A DNA stretch of 64,000 nucleotides from a virus. Positions 10,010 through 19,863 of the stretch are shown here, one piece after another (positions within the stretch are counted from its first letter, which is position 1; each line of letters starts with the position of its first letter). The notes beneath the pieces were generated by a model. The model did no database searches, was not told where the DNA came from, and was given only the letters and a program-made list of their open reading frames with translations. The stretch covers positions 42,633 to 106,632 of the IMG/VR virus record IMGVR_UViG_3300029338_000356; one strand, written 5' to 3'. Made by a program: the position numbers and the translations under genes.

Positions 10010-10062
10010 AGAAAGCCGCGTCCGCGATGAAACGGATACGGCTTTCTTTCGTTTTTTACTCG
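10010..10062 (-). terminator. intrinsic terminator-like hairpin (bidirectional, T-runs both sides) after minus-strand operon
   Basis: GAAAGCCG...CGGCTTTC stem flanked by TTTCGTTTTTT on plus and TGTTTTTCTGTT on minus strand, just past the stop of 10056..10409. Confidence 0.45.
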
Positions 10063-10409
10063 GTAGCAGTGAACACCAGTTTGCGAAGGAACTCCATGAA
10101 CAGTGAACCGATATCAGGCATCTGGGCCGCGATATCCTTCATCCATTCACGCACGGGCAAACCCATGACCTCCAAGACACCGGTGATAATCCACACGAAC
10201 AACAGGAACGCGCAGATGGTCAACGCGGTCATCAACGCGCGGGTGCTTTTCTGCAAGATGGCGAACACGACACTACCGGCGCAAATAATAATCATCAACA
10301 AAGTGAGGATTGCGCCCGTCGGCGTGAACACCCAAGAGAAGAACACAGTGAGCACGTCACCCAACGTTCGTCCCGCAGTGTCAGCGGCTTGGTTTCCTAC
10401 TTCTTCCAT
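10056..10409 (-). CDS. small integral membrane protein (conjugation-cluster associated)
   Basis: 117 aa, two long hydrophobic helices; last gene of minus-strand cluster. Confidence 0.4.
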   Translation of the reverse strand: MEEVGNQAADTAGRTLGDVLTVFFSWVFTPTGAILTLLMIIICAGSVVFAILQKSTRALMTALTICAFLLFVWIITGVLEVMGLPVREWMKDIAAQMPDIGSLFMEFLRKLVFTATE

Positions 10410-10512
10410 TTTTCTAATCTCCTTGACGTTGGAAGGTTTTTCGAAAGGGAAACCGGCGTCGAATGCTGTGGAAGATGATTAAAACATTCGACGCCGGATG
10501 GTCAAACCGACG

Positions 10513-13500
10513 TCACTTCATGAACGGCGGTTTGGGTGTCGGCTGTCCTCCGGTCGGCGGTTTCTTCATACGAAGATTGCCTACGGAGGGGAAACCTGTC
10601 AGGTTTGACGGGTTGGCGTCCACTGGCTGTTTGACGGTCGGTGACGGTGTGGTTGGCGGTTGCATTCGAACCGACGGCTGTTGTCTTACCTGAGCTTGTG
10701 GCTGCGGTTGAGACTGCTGTCGCGGAGCTTGCGCCTGTACCGAACCCTGCTGTTGCGTCTGCCCGGAATCCACCGTGAATTTTCTACTCGGCTGAATTCC
10801 ATTCGGGTTCATAGCCCGTTCGGCACCCGACGGCATCGTAGACCCCGGCAGTCCGGTCGTCGCAGTCCATTCCTCCTGAGCCATCCGCAAATGCTCCTCC
10901 GGAGACTGTTGCACCGGATTCTCGCGCATATACGCCTGTTGCAGCGCATTGTTCACCGATTCAGGCATCGGAGTCGCATTGTCGGTTGCCTTCTGCCAAG
11001 TGGAGGCGGAGGACACGGCGGCGTCCATCGTTCCGGAGGGTAGGGTCTCACCAACAATCTCACCTGTCTCAGTGTTGTACACCGGCTGGTTGGCGTTCGT
11101 TTCGGGTTGAGCTGTCGCATTCTCATTAGGAGATTGATTGTTCTGGCTCATATACGCTTGGACGGAATCATCGACTTCACCGGAGGCCACGGCTTCTTGG
11201 AAAGCCTGTTCCGCATCCTCTTGGGACATGTGCTGGTTATCCACGAAGTCGGCCATCATTCCCTCACGAACCTGATTGAACGCGGACTGTTCGGTCAACA
11301 CCGGAGCCTGTCCTTGAGCGTCGGCTGGAACCGATTCAGTTGGAGTGTCCACCGGAATCGTTTCCGTCTGACCGTCAGTCGGAATCGGCGACGCGCCACC
11401 GGCACCACCGGTTTGGGTTGGGACATCCGGATTCGGAGCCGACGGAGAAGGCATAGGACTGTCACCATTGTCGGAACCACCGTCACCGGTGCCGGAGAAC
11501 GGAGACGACAACGGAGCGTCACCATTAGCCATGTCCAACACGTTGCGACGCCACTGGGCGCGTTCTTTCATACTGCCGGGAGCGGCGTTCTTGATGTCGC
11601 GGATTTTGTCCATCGCGGCTCCCGCACCCACCGCTAGGCCATGATGGAGGTTACGGTCGGCGGCCAGTTTTCCTGCGGCAATCAATCCCAACGGTGCGGT
11701 AATCGGATTGGAGAACAAAGCTCCGGCGACGGCGGCCTTAGCCGCCACCTTCGCTCCGCGTGCGGCTACGTTACGCAAAGGTGCGCTCTTCGCGGCACGT
11801 ACGGCGAAAGCGAGACCAGCACCGGCCATTGCGGCTCCGGCTCCGGCGACTCTTGCCGCACTTTGAAGTTTGCGTCCGTCATTGTTCAGATGATTCATCA
11901 TCTCCGCCCTACGCTGGACCTTGTCGAGAGACATGCCCGGATGCCGTTGTGCGATACGATGCGCGAACGCTTCAGTGTTGTCCGCTCCCTTGAACTTGGA
12001 GGCGGCGGTGTTCAACCGTTGCCGGAACTTGTCGTGGGACTTTTCCATGTGGAGTCGTGTACCGGCGAGACTTCCCCTCACCGTATTGGCGTCCATTCTT
12101 GCCCACGTCCTGCTCTTGCGTCCATGGGATTGAATCGCTTCGAGTTCGCTCTGACTACGGTTCAGCAGGTTCCTGTCGCCGTTGGACAACGCTTCCTGTT
12201 GCGCGCGGCTCATCTTGCTTAGGACGGTCTCGCTTTGACGTGCTCCGTTATGGGCCATGCCAGCGCCGGTACCGTTCGTGGACAAACGTCCGACACCATT
12301 GCCGCCACGACGGAATCCGCCACGCATGGCGCGAATCATACGGTGCTGTCCAATCATGTGCATTCCCTTGCGAAGACCGGAAGCCATTGCGGTTCCACCC
12401 GCCATTCCCATGAGAGCGTTGATGCTGAACGGATTACCCCACTTCAACACTTTCGAACAGAACATGCCGATTGCGGCGATAGCCAACACCGGACTCAATC
12501 CCGCAATCAACTGGTAGGTGAACGAACCACTGCTGGCAGAGGTGAACTTCAACGTCAGGCCACAAATGAATGTTGCGAGAGTACCGAGCGCACCGTACAA
12601 CGCTCCTACCATACTCAACTGGCAGGTGTACGTCGCCCAGTTCTTCAACGCGTTCTTCGGCTTCTCGCCAATCGGGAACGCTTGGACAAGGAACGTGACC
12701 ACGAGGAACAACGCCATCATTATCAGCATGAGCTTCGTCAGTATTAGAACAAGGCTCAACAATCCCCAGACCACGAGATTGACGATGCCTCCGATAAGTG
12801 TTCCGCAAGCACCCAACGTATCGACGTTGTTGTTGCCATACATGTAGTCGATGGTTTTCTTCGCACCGCCCGTGACAGTGGAATCATCCTGAGCGTCACG
12901 AAGATTCGCCTCACTCCAAGTCCCGGAAACGTTCGGCACGTCGAAACGCCATCCGACCGTAGCGGAGTCGCCCCAGTTGGTGTCGTTCTGCTGGTCTTTA
13001 TATGTTCCGTCATCCTCCTTGTTGATATCGGTGGAACGGGAGAAGATTACGGAACCCTGTTTGAGAATCGTCTGGCAGACCGAAGTGGTCTGTTGGATGG
13101 TTTCGTCTTCACTGCCGTTCTGTTTCGCGTCCATCACGCCTTTGCCACCGTTGGTCGGTTTCACATTGTCCAAGTCGTCAATCTTGACACGTACTTTCGT
13201 ACTGCCGTTCTTGATGTTCTTGGTTCCTGTGTCACCGAGGTTGTTGATGAGTGTCGCCCATCCGGCTCGCGCGTAGATTTCCTGATTGCGTTTCGTGCCA
13301 CAGGTTTCCCAGAACACGCCCGCACGGCTGAGATATGTCGCGTTCTCCCTTTCCAACGGTTTGTCGGTGAAGTAAGGATTACGCGGGTCTACCCAACCGT
13401 CCACGGAGAACAACCATTTGGCTCGCTGGTCGCTGATGTGCAACGCCATGGCCTTGTTGGTCAAATCCTTCTGGATGGTCGTGTTCGTGTTGGCTTTCAT

Positions 13501-14517
13501 CTCCAACACGTGGCAGTAACCTTGCCGGGCGTTTTCCGCGATACGGAACGAGGATGTTCCGGTGGTCTGCGGGTTCCCGTACTGCATGGTCACGAACGAG
13601 CGAAGAGAGGTCTCCTCCCAAATACGGTTGATGGCCTTGGTGACGTTGCTTGTATCCTGATTGCCGTTGGACTTCGCCTGTTCGTCATACGCCTGATGCA
13701 TGAAGTACAGGTAATCCTGACAATTGGTTTTCGCACCGTTCGCCGCATGATGGTAGGACATCATGTTTTTATCACTGTCTGCCATGCCGTCAAGGTCGAG
13801 GTTGACCGAAAGCTTGTTGATGGTGTTGTTGATTGTCTGCACGACCCACCATGGGCTTCCGGTCGCCGGTTCTGTGGCGTTCTTTCCGGTTTTGGCCGCT
13901 CCAGCTCCAAGCATCGTGATTGAAGCGAAGCAGAGAACCATGATGACGATTCGTTTGCTCGCCTCTTTGACGGTGCCGATTTGGAATCCAGCCGCGCCAA
14001 CCCAAGCCACGATGCCGAGCACTGCGATGGTGGCGGGGATACCGCCGTCCATCAGACTCGTCACCATGGTGGACACTGCGGAGTCGATGTTCGCACCAGC
14101 CTGTTTCATCGGTTCGAACGAAGCGGCGAACTGGCTGATGGACAATGCGGAAGACCAGCAGACCTGAGTCAACTGCATCAGAATGTTGGGAAGGACGATA
14201 TGGGTCTGCGAGCTGATGGTCTGCTTGACGTTCGAGAACCAACCGGCGACATCGCTGCCACTGTACGGTTCCGTACGCGAAGTGATTTCCCCAACGTAGT
14301 TTCCCCAACGTCCGGAAGGAAGACAACTAGAGATGTCTGATGTAGCACTGTCAGTCCCGCCGTTGGCGCATGTTATCGTCGTGGTCGAATCGTTGACCTG
14401 TGCGGCGAACACGCTGGACGGCAAGACGAACAATGTCATGACCACGCACAACATCAGAATGACGAGCAGGTTCCTTCTACCCGCCCGTTTCACTGGGTCT
14501 CGATATTTTGTATTCAA
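10513..14517 (-). CDS. large polytopic conjugal-transfer membrane protein (VirB6/TrbL-like core with long extracellular N-domain and Ala/Gln/Pro-rich cytoplasmic tail)
   Basis: 1334 aa; signal/TM at N-terminus, cluster of 5-6 TM helices mid-protein (GGIVNLVVWGLLSLVLILTKLMLIMMALFLVVTFLV...), low-complexity C-terminal third; functional call is by architecture only. Confidence 0.4.
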   Translation of the reverse strand: MNTKYRDPVKRAGRRNLLVILMLCVVMTLFVLPSSVFAAQVNDSTTTITCANGGTDSATSDISSCLPSGRWGNYVGEITSRTEPYSGSDVAGWFSNVKQTISSQTHIVLPNILMQLTQVCWSSALSISQFAASFEPMKQAGANIDSAVSTMVTSLMDGGIPATIAVLGIVAWVGAAGFQIGTVKEASKRIVIMVLCFASITMLGAGAAKTGKNATEPATGSPWWVVQTINNTINKLSVNLDLDGMADSDKNMMSYHHAANGAKTNCQDYLYFMHQAYDEQAKSNGNQDTSNVTKAINRIWEETSLRSFVTMQYGNPQTTGTSSFRIAENARQGYCHVLEMKANTNTTIQKDLTNKAMALHISDQRAKWLFSVDGWVDPRNPYFTDKPLERENATYLSRAGVFWETCGTKRNQEIYARAGWATLINNLGDTGTKNIKNGSTKVRVKIDDLDNVKPTNGGKGVMDAKQNGSEDETIQQTTSVCQTILKQGSVIFSRSTDINKEDDGTYKDQQNDTNWGDSATVGWRFDVPNVSGTWSEANLRDAQDDSTVTGGAKKTIDYMYGNNNVDTLGACGTLIGGIVNLVVWGLLSLVLILTKLMLIMMALFLVVTFLVQAFPIGEKPKNALKNWATYTCQLSMVGALYGALGTLATFICGLTLKFTSASSGSFTYQLIAGLSPVLAIAAIGMFCSKVLKWGNPFSINALMGMAGGTAMASGLRKGMHMIGQHRMIRAMRGGFRRGGNGVGRLSTNGTGAGMAHNGARQSETVLSKMSRAQQEALSNGDRNLLNRSQSELEAIQSHGRKSRTWARMDANTVRGSLAGTRLHMEKSHDKFRQRLNTAASKFKGADNTEAFAHRIAQRHPGMSLDKVQRRAEMMNHLNNDGRKLQSAARVAGAGAAMAGAGLAFAVRAAKSAPLRNVAARGAKVAAKAAVAGALFSNPITAPLGLIAAGKLAADRNLHHGLAVGAGAAMDKIRDIKNAAPGSMKERAQWRRNVLDMANGDAPLSSPFSGTGDGGSDNGDSPMPSPSAPNPDVPTQTGGAGGASPIPTDGQTETIPVDTPTESVPADAQGQAPVLTEQSAFNQVREGMMADFVDNQHMSQEDAEQAFQEAVASGEVDDSVQAYMSQNNQSPNENATAQPETNANQPVYNTETGEIVGETLPSGTMDAAVSSASTWQKATDNATPMPESVNNALQQAYMRENPVQQSPEEHLRMAQEEWTATTGLPGSTMPSGAERAMNPNGIQPSRKFTVDSGQTQQQGSVQAQAPRQQSQPQPQAQVRQQPSVRMQPPTTPSPTVKQPVDANPSNLTGFPSVGNLRMKKPPTGGQPTPKPPFMK

Positions 14518-14936
14518 CGGATTTCCATTTCTTGAAGGTCGATAATGTTTTCCGGCTGAGTGGAATTCGGGTAGAAGACCTGCCCTTCAATCTTGCGGCT
14601 CTTCATATCCTGCAAGGTTCTCTTCCACCGTGTCTGTTGGGTGCGGTCTCTAATGGTGCCGACTGCAAAGAACGGAGCCAGTATTCCGCCCAACAGTACG
14701 AAGAACGAGCTGAACATGTATCCGAGCAACGGAGCGAATATGAGGCAAAGAGCCAAGCCCGCCAATGCGCCGACGATAACGGAGAACACGGTTTTGGAAC
14801 GGGCCTCAGTGTTCTTGGTTATCTGGAACGTGTTCTTCCGTTCGATTTCCTCCGGGCCGGACACTTCCGTGATGTCGTCCATCGTCAACCTCGGATGCAA
14901 GGGACCTTTGTATCCTTCGTCTTCCTCATCGCTCAT
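14514..14936 (-). CDS. small membrane protein (VirB3/TcpE-like candidate)
   Basis: 140 aa, acidic N-terminus then two TM helices (VFSVIVGALAGLALCLIFAPLLGYMFSSFFVLLGGILAPFFAV); overlaps next gene by 4 bp. Confidence 0.35.
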   Translation of the reverse strand: MSDEEDEGYKGPLHPRLTMDDITEVSGPEEIERKNTFQITKNTEARSKTVFSVIVGALAGLALCLIFAPLLGYMFSSFFVLLGGILAPFFAVGTIRDRTQQTRWKRTLQDMKSRKIEGQVFYPNSTQPENIIDLQEMEIR

Positions 14937-15041
14937 GATTCAACTCTTTTCGTACGTAAGGTTCTTAAAAGAAAACCGGAGTGGGAACAGAACCGGAAAG
15001 GTCCTCTTCGCATATCCACTCCGGTTTTCCCTCTGCGGATG

Positions 15042-15386
15042 TCAGATTCCCAGATAGGTCTTTCCACTGCCGCCAACCGCGTCAACGAACCAGTCAATCA
15101 ACTTAAGAATTGCCGGAATGGTGACGGTCGGGCCAGCGAGAATGAATCCGACTGCGAGGACGACGAGAATACGTCCGATGTTCGGGCAGAACATCTGCAC
15201 GAGCTTGTTTTGGCGTCCCAACGCCTTGCAAATGCCACCGACGATAAGGCCGAATGCGAGAAGCACTGCGGCGGCAAGACCGATGTTGGTCAACACGGTT
15301 CCCGCGCTACTGCTCAAAATGGTGTCGAACATCTTATGATAGGTGCTCTCAAGGCTGCTTCCAGCCAAGGTAATGGTTCCACCCAT
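15042..15386 (-). CDS. VirB2/TrbC-like small two-TM protein (pilin-like T4SS component)
   Basis: 114 aa, leader-like N-terminus followed by two hydrophobic helices, Gly-rich; typical VirB2/TrbC size and topology. Confidence 0.4.
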   Translation of the reverse strand: MGGTITLAGSSLESTYHKMFDTILSSSAGTVLTNIGLAAAVLLAFGLIVGGICKALGRQNKLVQMFCPNIGRILVVLAVGFILAGPTVTIPAILKLIDWFVDAVGGSGKTYLGI

Positions 15387-15553
15387 TTTTTGAGTTCCCT
15401 TTCGTTTTCCAAACGGAACTCTCCTGCATTTTTCATCCTATCAATCTACGCGGTTGTTTCCAGTCATAGCGAGGTTTTTAGGATAAAAAAAATCCGTCCG
15501 GAAGTTGAAACTTCCGAACGGATTTTGAAAAGCAATATGATGAACGCTAAAAG

Positions 15554-18214
15554 CTAGTCATCATCGTCCATGTCACCATTGCGATAACCGTTATCGAAAT
15601 CGTTCACATGGACAAGGAATGTCGGCTGCAACTGTTCTTGGGTTCGAGTGCGAACAGCCGCCGCATAACGTGGAAGATTCATGACCGCGCCCGAACGCCA
15701 ACCATCCTCCCCGTCATTGTTCGTCAAACGTTTCGCCGTCATATCGGCGATACGCGGAATCGTCGTATTGTATGTGATGAACGTCGAATAGCCGATGAAC
15801 GAATCCAACATCGCGTCGGACAATTGGGTCGGATACTGGGTGGCGAACACGAGAAGAAGGCCGAACGAACGGCCCTGCTCGCGCAATGCGGGCATGATGC
15901 CGTCATTGCCGTTAGCCAACAGGCTCAACTCGTCGCACACGAGCATCGTCCACTTGCCCGCCTTGTCCCAATCCTTGCAATGCGCGAACACCGTATTCCA
16001 GAAACGGTACATGAGCCAGCCGCCGAGAATCTTATCCATACGTTCCGGCAACGAATACCCGTTATGTGGTGCGAGCACAATGTGATAATCGCCCGCATGG
16101 TCGAGAATGTTCGTCCAAGTCACCTTGCCGCGACGTGCGGTGAACATGTGTTCGATGGGAAGGAACTGGTTCACCTTGTTCAACGAGGCGTTCGTCTTGG
16201 CGAGAATGTCACGGTCGGAACGAACCGTATGACCAGCCGCGTCCGGACGGCCATACAATTGTTCGGCGGCACGGGCGGCATACGTCATCTCCTCGAACAT
16301 GTAGCCACTCTTCAACTCCATGCTCAACGCGCGGCACACATGACCCAACGCTTTCGCGGAACCGGCCTGACCGTCGGAACCGCATAATGCGACGACGGCC
16401 CATCCGATTGGACTTAGCTGCATTCGCAACTGTTCCGCACCCGGATACGATTGTTCGAGCTGATGGCAACGTTTCACAATCTCGCTTTCCCAATCCTTGT
16501 TCGCGGATTCGGGATTATGCTTACGTTCCTCCTGTACGTAACGGTCAACCGCCACGCCGATGGTCAACGCTTGGGTGATGATGTTCTGCGAGTCGTTCAG
16601 AATATCACCGTCATCGAACGAGTAGCGCATGGTTTTCGCCACGCTCGCCGCAGTCTCCATCGCATTATTCCCGTCCTTCATGCCGAGCATGTCCAAACAT
16701 ACGCTGTTCGGGTCTGCCAAGTAGACGACTCGTTGCGGACTGGTGAAACCGTGACGTTTGCGATAACGTTCCAACACGTTGACTCCCGTATCATCCTTCA
16801 TCCAAAAATGGATGATACGGGAGTCGTGTCCCCAGATTTTCGGACTGGTGGTTTCTCGTGCGCTGATTGCCCACTGGCTGATGCCATGGGTGAGCACGGT
16901 CTTACCGGAACCGGCCTCGCCGTTGATGGCGATACCGCCGAACAGTTGCGACGGGTCGAGATAACAGTTACGTCCCGTATCGTCTTTCCCGAGGAAGATT
17001 CCATCATGCGACAATACTTCCGGAACCGGATGCAACTCCTGTTTCATCGCCACTCCCTGAGTGACCGGAGTGAACACGGAACTTACGATAATCGGGGAAA
17101 GAATCAACGTGGTACGTTGCGTACCATAAGCCGACACGCGCTCCTTATGAGTTCGCACGCCAAGACGGGTCTGATTATCGGACTCGTTCGCGCCACGGTC
17201 GTTCGCAATCGCATAATATCTGCGTGGCGTTTGGAAAATGTCATCCCACAACGTCCAATTCTTCCAACGGATGAACGAGAATACAAGAAGAGGAGCGAAA
17301 AGAATCGGAATGAATGTCGGGAGCGGAAGCAACCCCAACAGCAGGTAAAGCATGAGAGCCACCGCGCCACCGGCAATCTGAGGTCTTGGAATGTAAACGA
17401 ACGGAATGCACGACAACAGCATGAGGAACAGGAACACGACCAACGTCACCGCAAGCAGTGGAAGCGCGATTCCGAAACCCCAAGCGGAATGGAACAATGG
17501 GAAAATCCCATCCATCACGTATCCTCTTGCAAGACCGCACACACTCCAAATCACGGACAACACTTCCAACAGCATGCTGACGAACAGCAACCCGAATTTC
17601 GGACGGCTAGTATGACTGGACATGTTGGATATGAGCGGACAGATGATTTGACCAATCTTCTGCGCAAGCTGTCGGTTACGGGAAGCCTGACGGCAACCGA
17701 AACTCACACGGGCGCACATCGTGTTGGTTGAAGCGAGTTCGCTTGAATCCTCGACCGCATTGTATTCGTCGCTAATCCAATTGCGAATACGAATCTGCTC
17801 GAAGTATCCCTGATTGCGAAGGGTGATGCTCACGTAACTGTCCGGCGGCATGACCTTCTCGATGCTTGTACGAACGCCGGAATAGTTCGTCCGCATTTTC
17901 TCCATGTTGCTTTTCGAGTTCAACCGGGCACGGAACGGGATGAGAGGATGTGCCGCACTGTTCACACCGTCCGGCAACACCGGCCCGTCGTCGTCTTCGA
18001 CCAATTTCGCGTCGAATCCAGCCAACTGTCCGGCGTTGATGATTCCCTCGCCGTCACCGTAAATGTATTCCTTGACCGGCTCCTCGCCCTTCTTGATGAG
18101 GAGAAGGGTGCAACCATCCAGTTCGGCTGGAATGCTTTCCATTTTCGAACGTTGCTCGTCCGCGTCAAGCTGTTGCAATGTTCTGGTTATCTGATACCAG
18201 TTCGGATTACCCAT
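15554..18214 (-). CDS. type IV secretion ATPase with N-terminal TM domain; most likely coupling protein (VirD4/TraG/TcpA-like), alternatively VirB3-VirB4 fusion
   Basis: 886 aa; 4-5 TM helices at res ~190-330, Walker A GEAGSGKT, Walker B LVCDELS, ~330-aa A-B spacing and ATQYPTQL motif favour T4CP. Confidence 0.55.
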   Translation of the reverse strand: MGNPNWYQITRTLQQLDADEQRSKMESIPAELDGCTLLLIKKGEEPVKEYIYGDGEGIINAGQLAGFDAKLVEDDDGPVLPDGVNSAAHPLIPFRARLNSKSNMEKMRTNYSGVRTSIEKVMPPDSYVSITLRNQGYFEQIRIRNWISDEYNAVEDSSELASTNTMCARVSFGCRQASRNRQLAQKIGQIICPLISNMSSHTSRPKFGLLFVSMLLEVLSVIWSVCGLARGYVMDGIFPLFHSAWGFGIALPLLAVTLVVFLFLMLLSCIPFVYIPRPQIAGGAVALMLYLLLGLLPLPTFIPILFAPLLVFSFIRWKNWTLWDDIFQTPRRYYAIANDRGANESDNQTRLGVRTHKERVSAYGTQRTTLILSPIIVSSVFTPVTQGVAMKQELHPVPEVLSHDGIFLGKDDTGRNCYLDPSQLFGGIAINGEAGSGKTVLTHGISQWAISARETTSPKIWGHDSRIIHFWMKDDTGVNVLERYRKRHGFTSPQRVVYLADPNSVCLDMLGMKDGNNAMETAASVAKTMRYSFDDGDILNDSQNIITQALTIGVAVDRYVQEERKHNPESANKDWESEIVKRCHQLEQSYPGAEQLRMQLSPIGWAVVALCGSDGQAGSAKALGHVCRALSMELKSGYMFEEMTYAARAAEQLYGRPDAAGHTVRSDRDILAKTNASLNKVNQFLPIEHMFTARRGKVTWTNILDHAGDYHIVLAPHNGYSLPERMDKILGGWLMYRFWNTVFAHCKDWDKAGKWTMLVCDELSLLANGNDGIMPALREQGRSFGLLLVFATQYPTQLSDAMLDSFIGYSTFITYNTTIPRIADMTAKRLTNNDGEDGWRSGAVMNLPRYAAAVRTRTQEQLQPTFLVHVNDFDNGYRNGDMDDDD

Positions 18215-18239
18215 GTTTTACCTTCCTTTCCTTTTTTGT

Positions 18240-18749
18240 TTAATCATTCGTGCTCTGCTGATACAACTGCGCGTATGGGAAACCTTCCGGCTTCTGGAAA
18301 GTGGAAAGCTTCTCACGTAACGACAATTGGAGAAGCCATGTAGTCATACGGACGGTTTTCTCCTTCGACTCCAAAGCCCAACCCAATGTCACGTAACCGT
18401 CGTTCACGCTCGAATCATCGTTGATGGTTTCACGCATGACGCGGATTGTTTTGTTCGCAATCCGCCGGGAAGTGTTGAACATTATCGAATCCAATTGCCA
18501 GAGTCGTATCTTCCGTAATGCGGGAACACGTTGCATGTTCGCCATCAGAAACGGAATGACCAAATGTCTACGTCCCGTCTCACATAATGTCTGAACCTGT
18601 TGCAAAGCCCGCGCACGTTCCAATCTTGCTACATCCAACGCGTCCTGCGTCTGTTGGAATGATTCCTCAGTGGAGACCATCGCAATCCTTTCCAATGAAA
18701 CCGTAGAAACCGCCACGGTACGCTTCCGGCATTGTCCAACCGGAAACAT
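18240..18749 (-). CDS. hypothetical protein
   Basis: 169-aa ORF overlapping 3' end of next ORF; true start may be internal. Confidence 0.3.
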   Translation of the reverse strand: MFPVGQCRKRTVAVSTVSLERIAMVSTEESFQQTQDALDVARLERARALQQVQTLCETGRRHLVIPFLMANMQRVPALRKIRLWQLDSIMFNTSRRIANKTIRVMRETINDDSSVNDGYVTLGWALESKEKTVRMTTWLLQLSLREKLSTFQKPEGFPYAQLYQQSTND

Positions 18750-19863
18750 CCCAACCCCAATCCTTCTTTATGATGTCTCGCGTCACGTCCCAACCCCATT
18801 CGCTGACTTTGCGAACGTCACGAACCTGCGGAGTATATTGCGCCCACTCGTCGGAGAAAATGTTGCGTCGTGTTCCACTCATATCCGTATAGTCACCGAA
18901 CCTGTCGGTCGGCATCCCATGCTCGAACCATTCGTCCCAGACCGCGATTCCCATTCGTTGCGACACGGTAGGATTGCCCACGACCATTTCCGTCATGCCT
19001 TGCGTGCGTTGTACCACCGCGTTGAACGATTCGTAACCTTCGTTTGCCTTCGGTATCTGCAACCATACGCAGATGAGTCCGCGACGCTTCATCGGAGAAT
19101 AGGCGAGCATCTTAGCCCAGTTCTGCATCTTCTTATCCAATTCGCTGTTGGACGTTTGGATTTCGATACCCGCCAACACATTGTTCCGGCACAACGTCAC
19201 CACGTCGGTCGCGCAAGCCTTGCCGACCTTCGACTCGGCAACAGCCTGTGGGTCAACGCTACGGAATTTTCCCCAACCATCACCGGATGAGAATTTCACA
19301 CGTGAATCGCGTGCCAACATCAATCCCGCGTGCGCCGCATAAGTGTTATGCCGAACATGGAAACGATTCCCTGCGTAATAGGAAACCGCCATCGTCTCAC
19401 GCATCCACTTTTCCATCCCGTACAATTTCATCGCACGGTTGATAAGACGTGGACTGTTCGACGGTGAAAGCCAAACATGATTCACGGTCTGACCGTACAA
19501 TCGTTCCGCCTGACTGAAACCGACGTTGATGATTCCCAAACGGTTCATCGCACCATACAGGTTCGGTTCGTCACGTTCGAAAGCGGGAGCGCCTTTGATG
19601 GAAAGTCCCGCACGTAGTTGGTCAACCGTGCATGTCTTCCAAGTGAACAATGCTCCGAGGATACTCGAAACGAGTTCGCTGTTCGCTTTTACCATTGTCT
19701 CCGAGAACAGTTTGTTCGCAACGAACCACGGGTGGGTCTGCGCGAACAATCCGGGATGCTCCATCTCGAACATGTCGTTGCCTTTATACCAGTCGGCAAT
19801 GCTTCCGGTCTTCCAAAGATTCTCGTCGTTCGGGTCGAAAAGAAAACGGTCATCGAATGTCAC
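18667..19863 (-). CDS. hypothetical protein (Trp-rich C-terminus)
   Basis: 398-aa ORF, 4-bp overlap with upstream ATPase gene (operon). Confidence 0.4.
   Translation of the reverse strand: MTFDDRFLFDPNDENLWKTGSIADWYKGNDMFEMEHPGLFAQTHPWFVANKLFSETMVKANSELVSSILGALFTWKTCTVDQLRAGLSIKGAPAFERDEPNLYGAMNRLGIINVGFSQAERLYGQTVNHVWLSPSNSPRLINRAMKLYGMEKWMRETMAVSYYAGNRFHVRHNTYAAHAGLMLARDSRVKFSSGDGWGKFRSVDPQAVAESKVGKACATDVVTLCRNNVLAGIEIQTSNSELDKKMQNWAKMLAYSPMKRRGLICVWLQIPKANEGYESFNAVVQRTQGMTEMVVGNPTVSQRMGIAVWDEWFEHGMPTDRFGDYTDMSGTRRNIFSDEWAQYTPQVRDVRKVSEWGWDVTRDIIKKDWGWDVSGWTMPEAYRGGFYGFIGKDCDGLH

Noticed and set aside
15554-18214. Calling the TM-anchored ATPase a VirB4 homologue
   Set aside because: VirB4 proteins normally lack an N-terminal polytopic TM domain, and the long spacing between the Walker A and B motifs fits coupling proteins better. 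Kept as T4CP with VirB3-VirB4 fusion as the stated alternative.
18667-19863. 398-aa protein examined as possible relaxase
   Set aside because: No convincing histidine triad or catalytic Tyr motif arrangement recognisable by eye; left as hypothetical.
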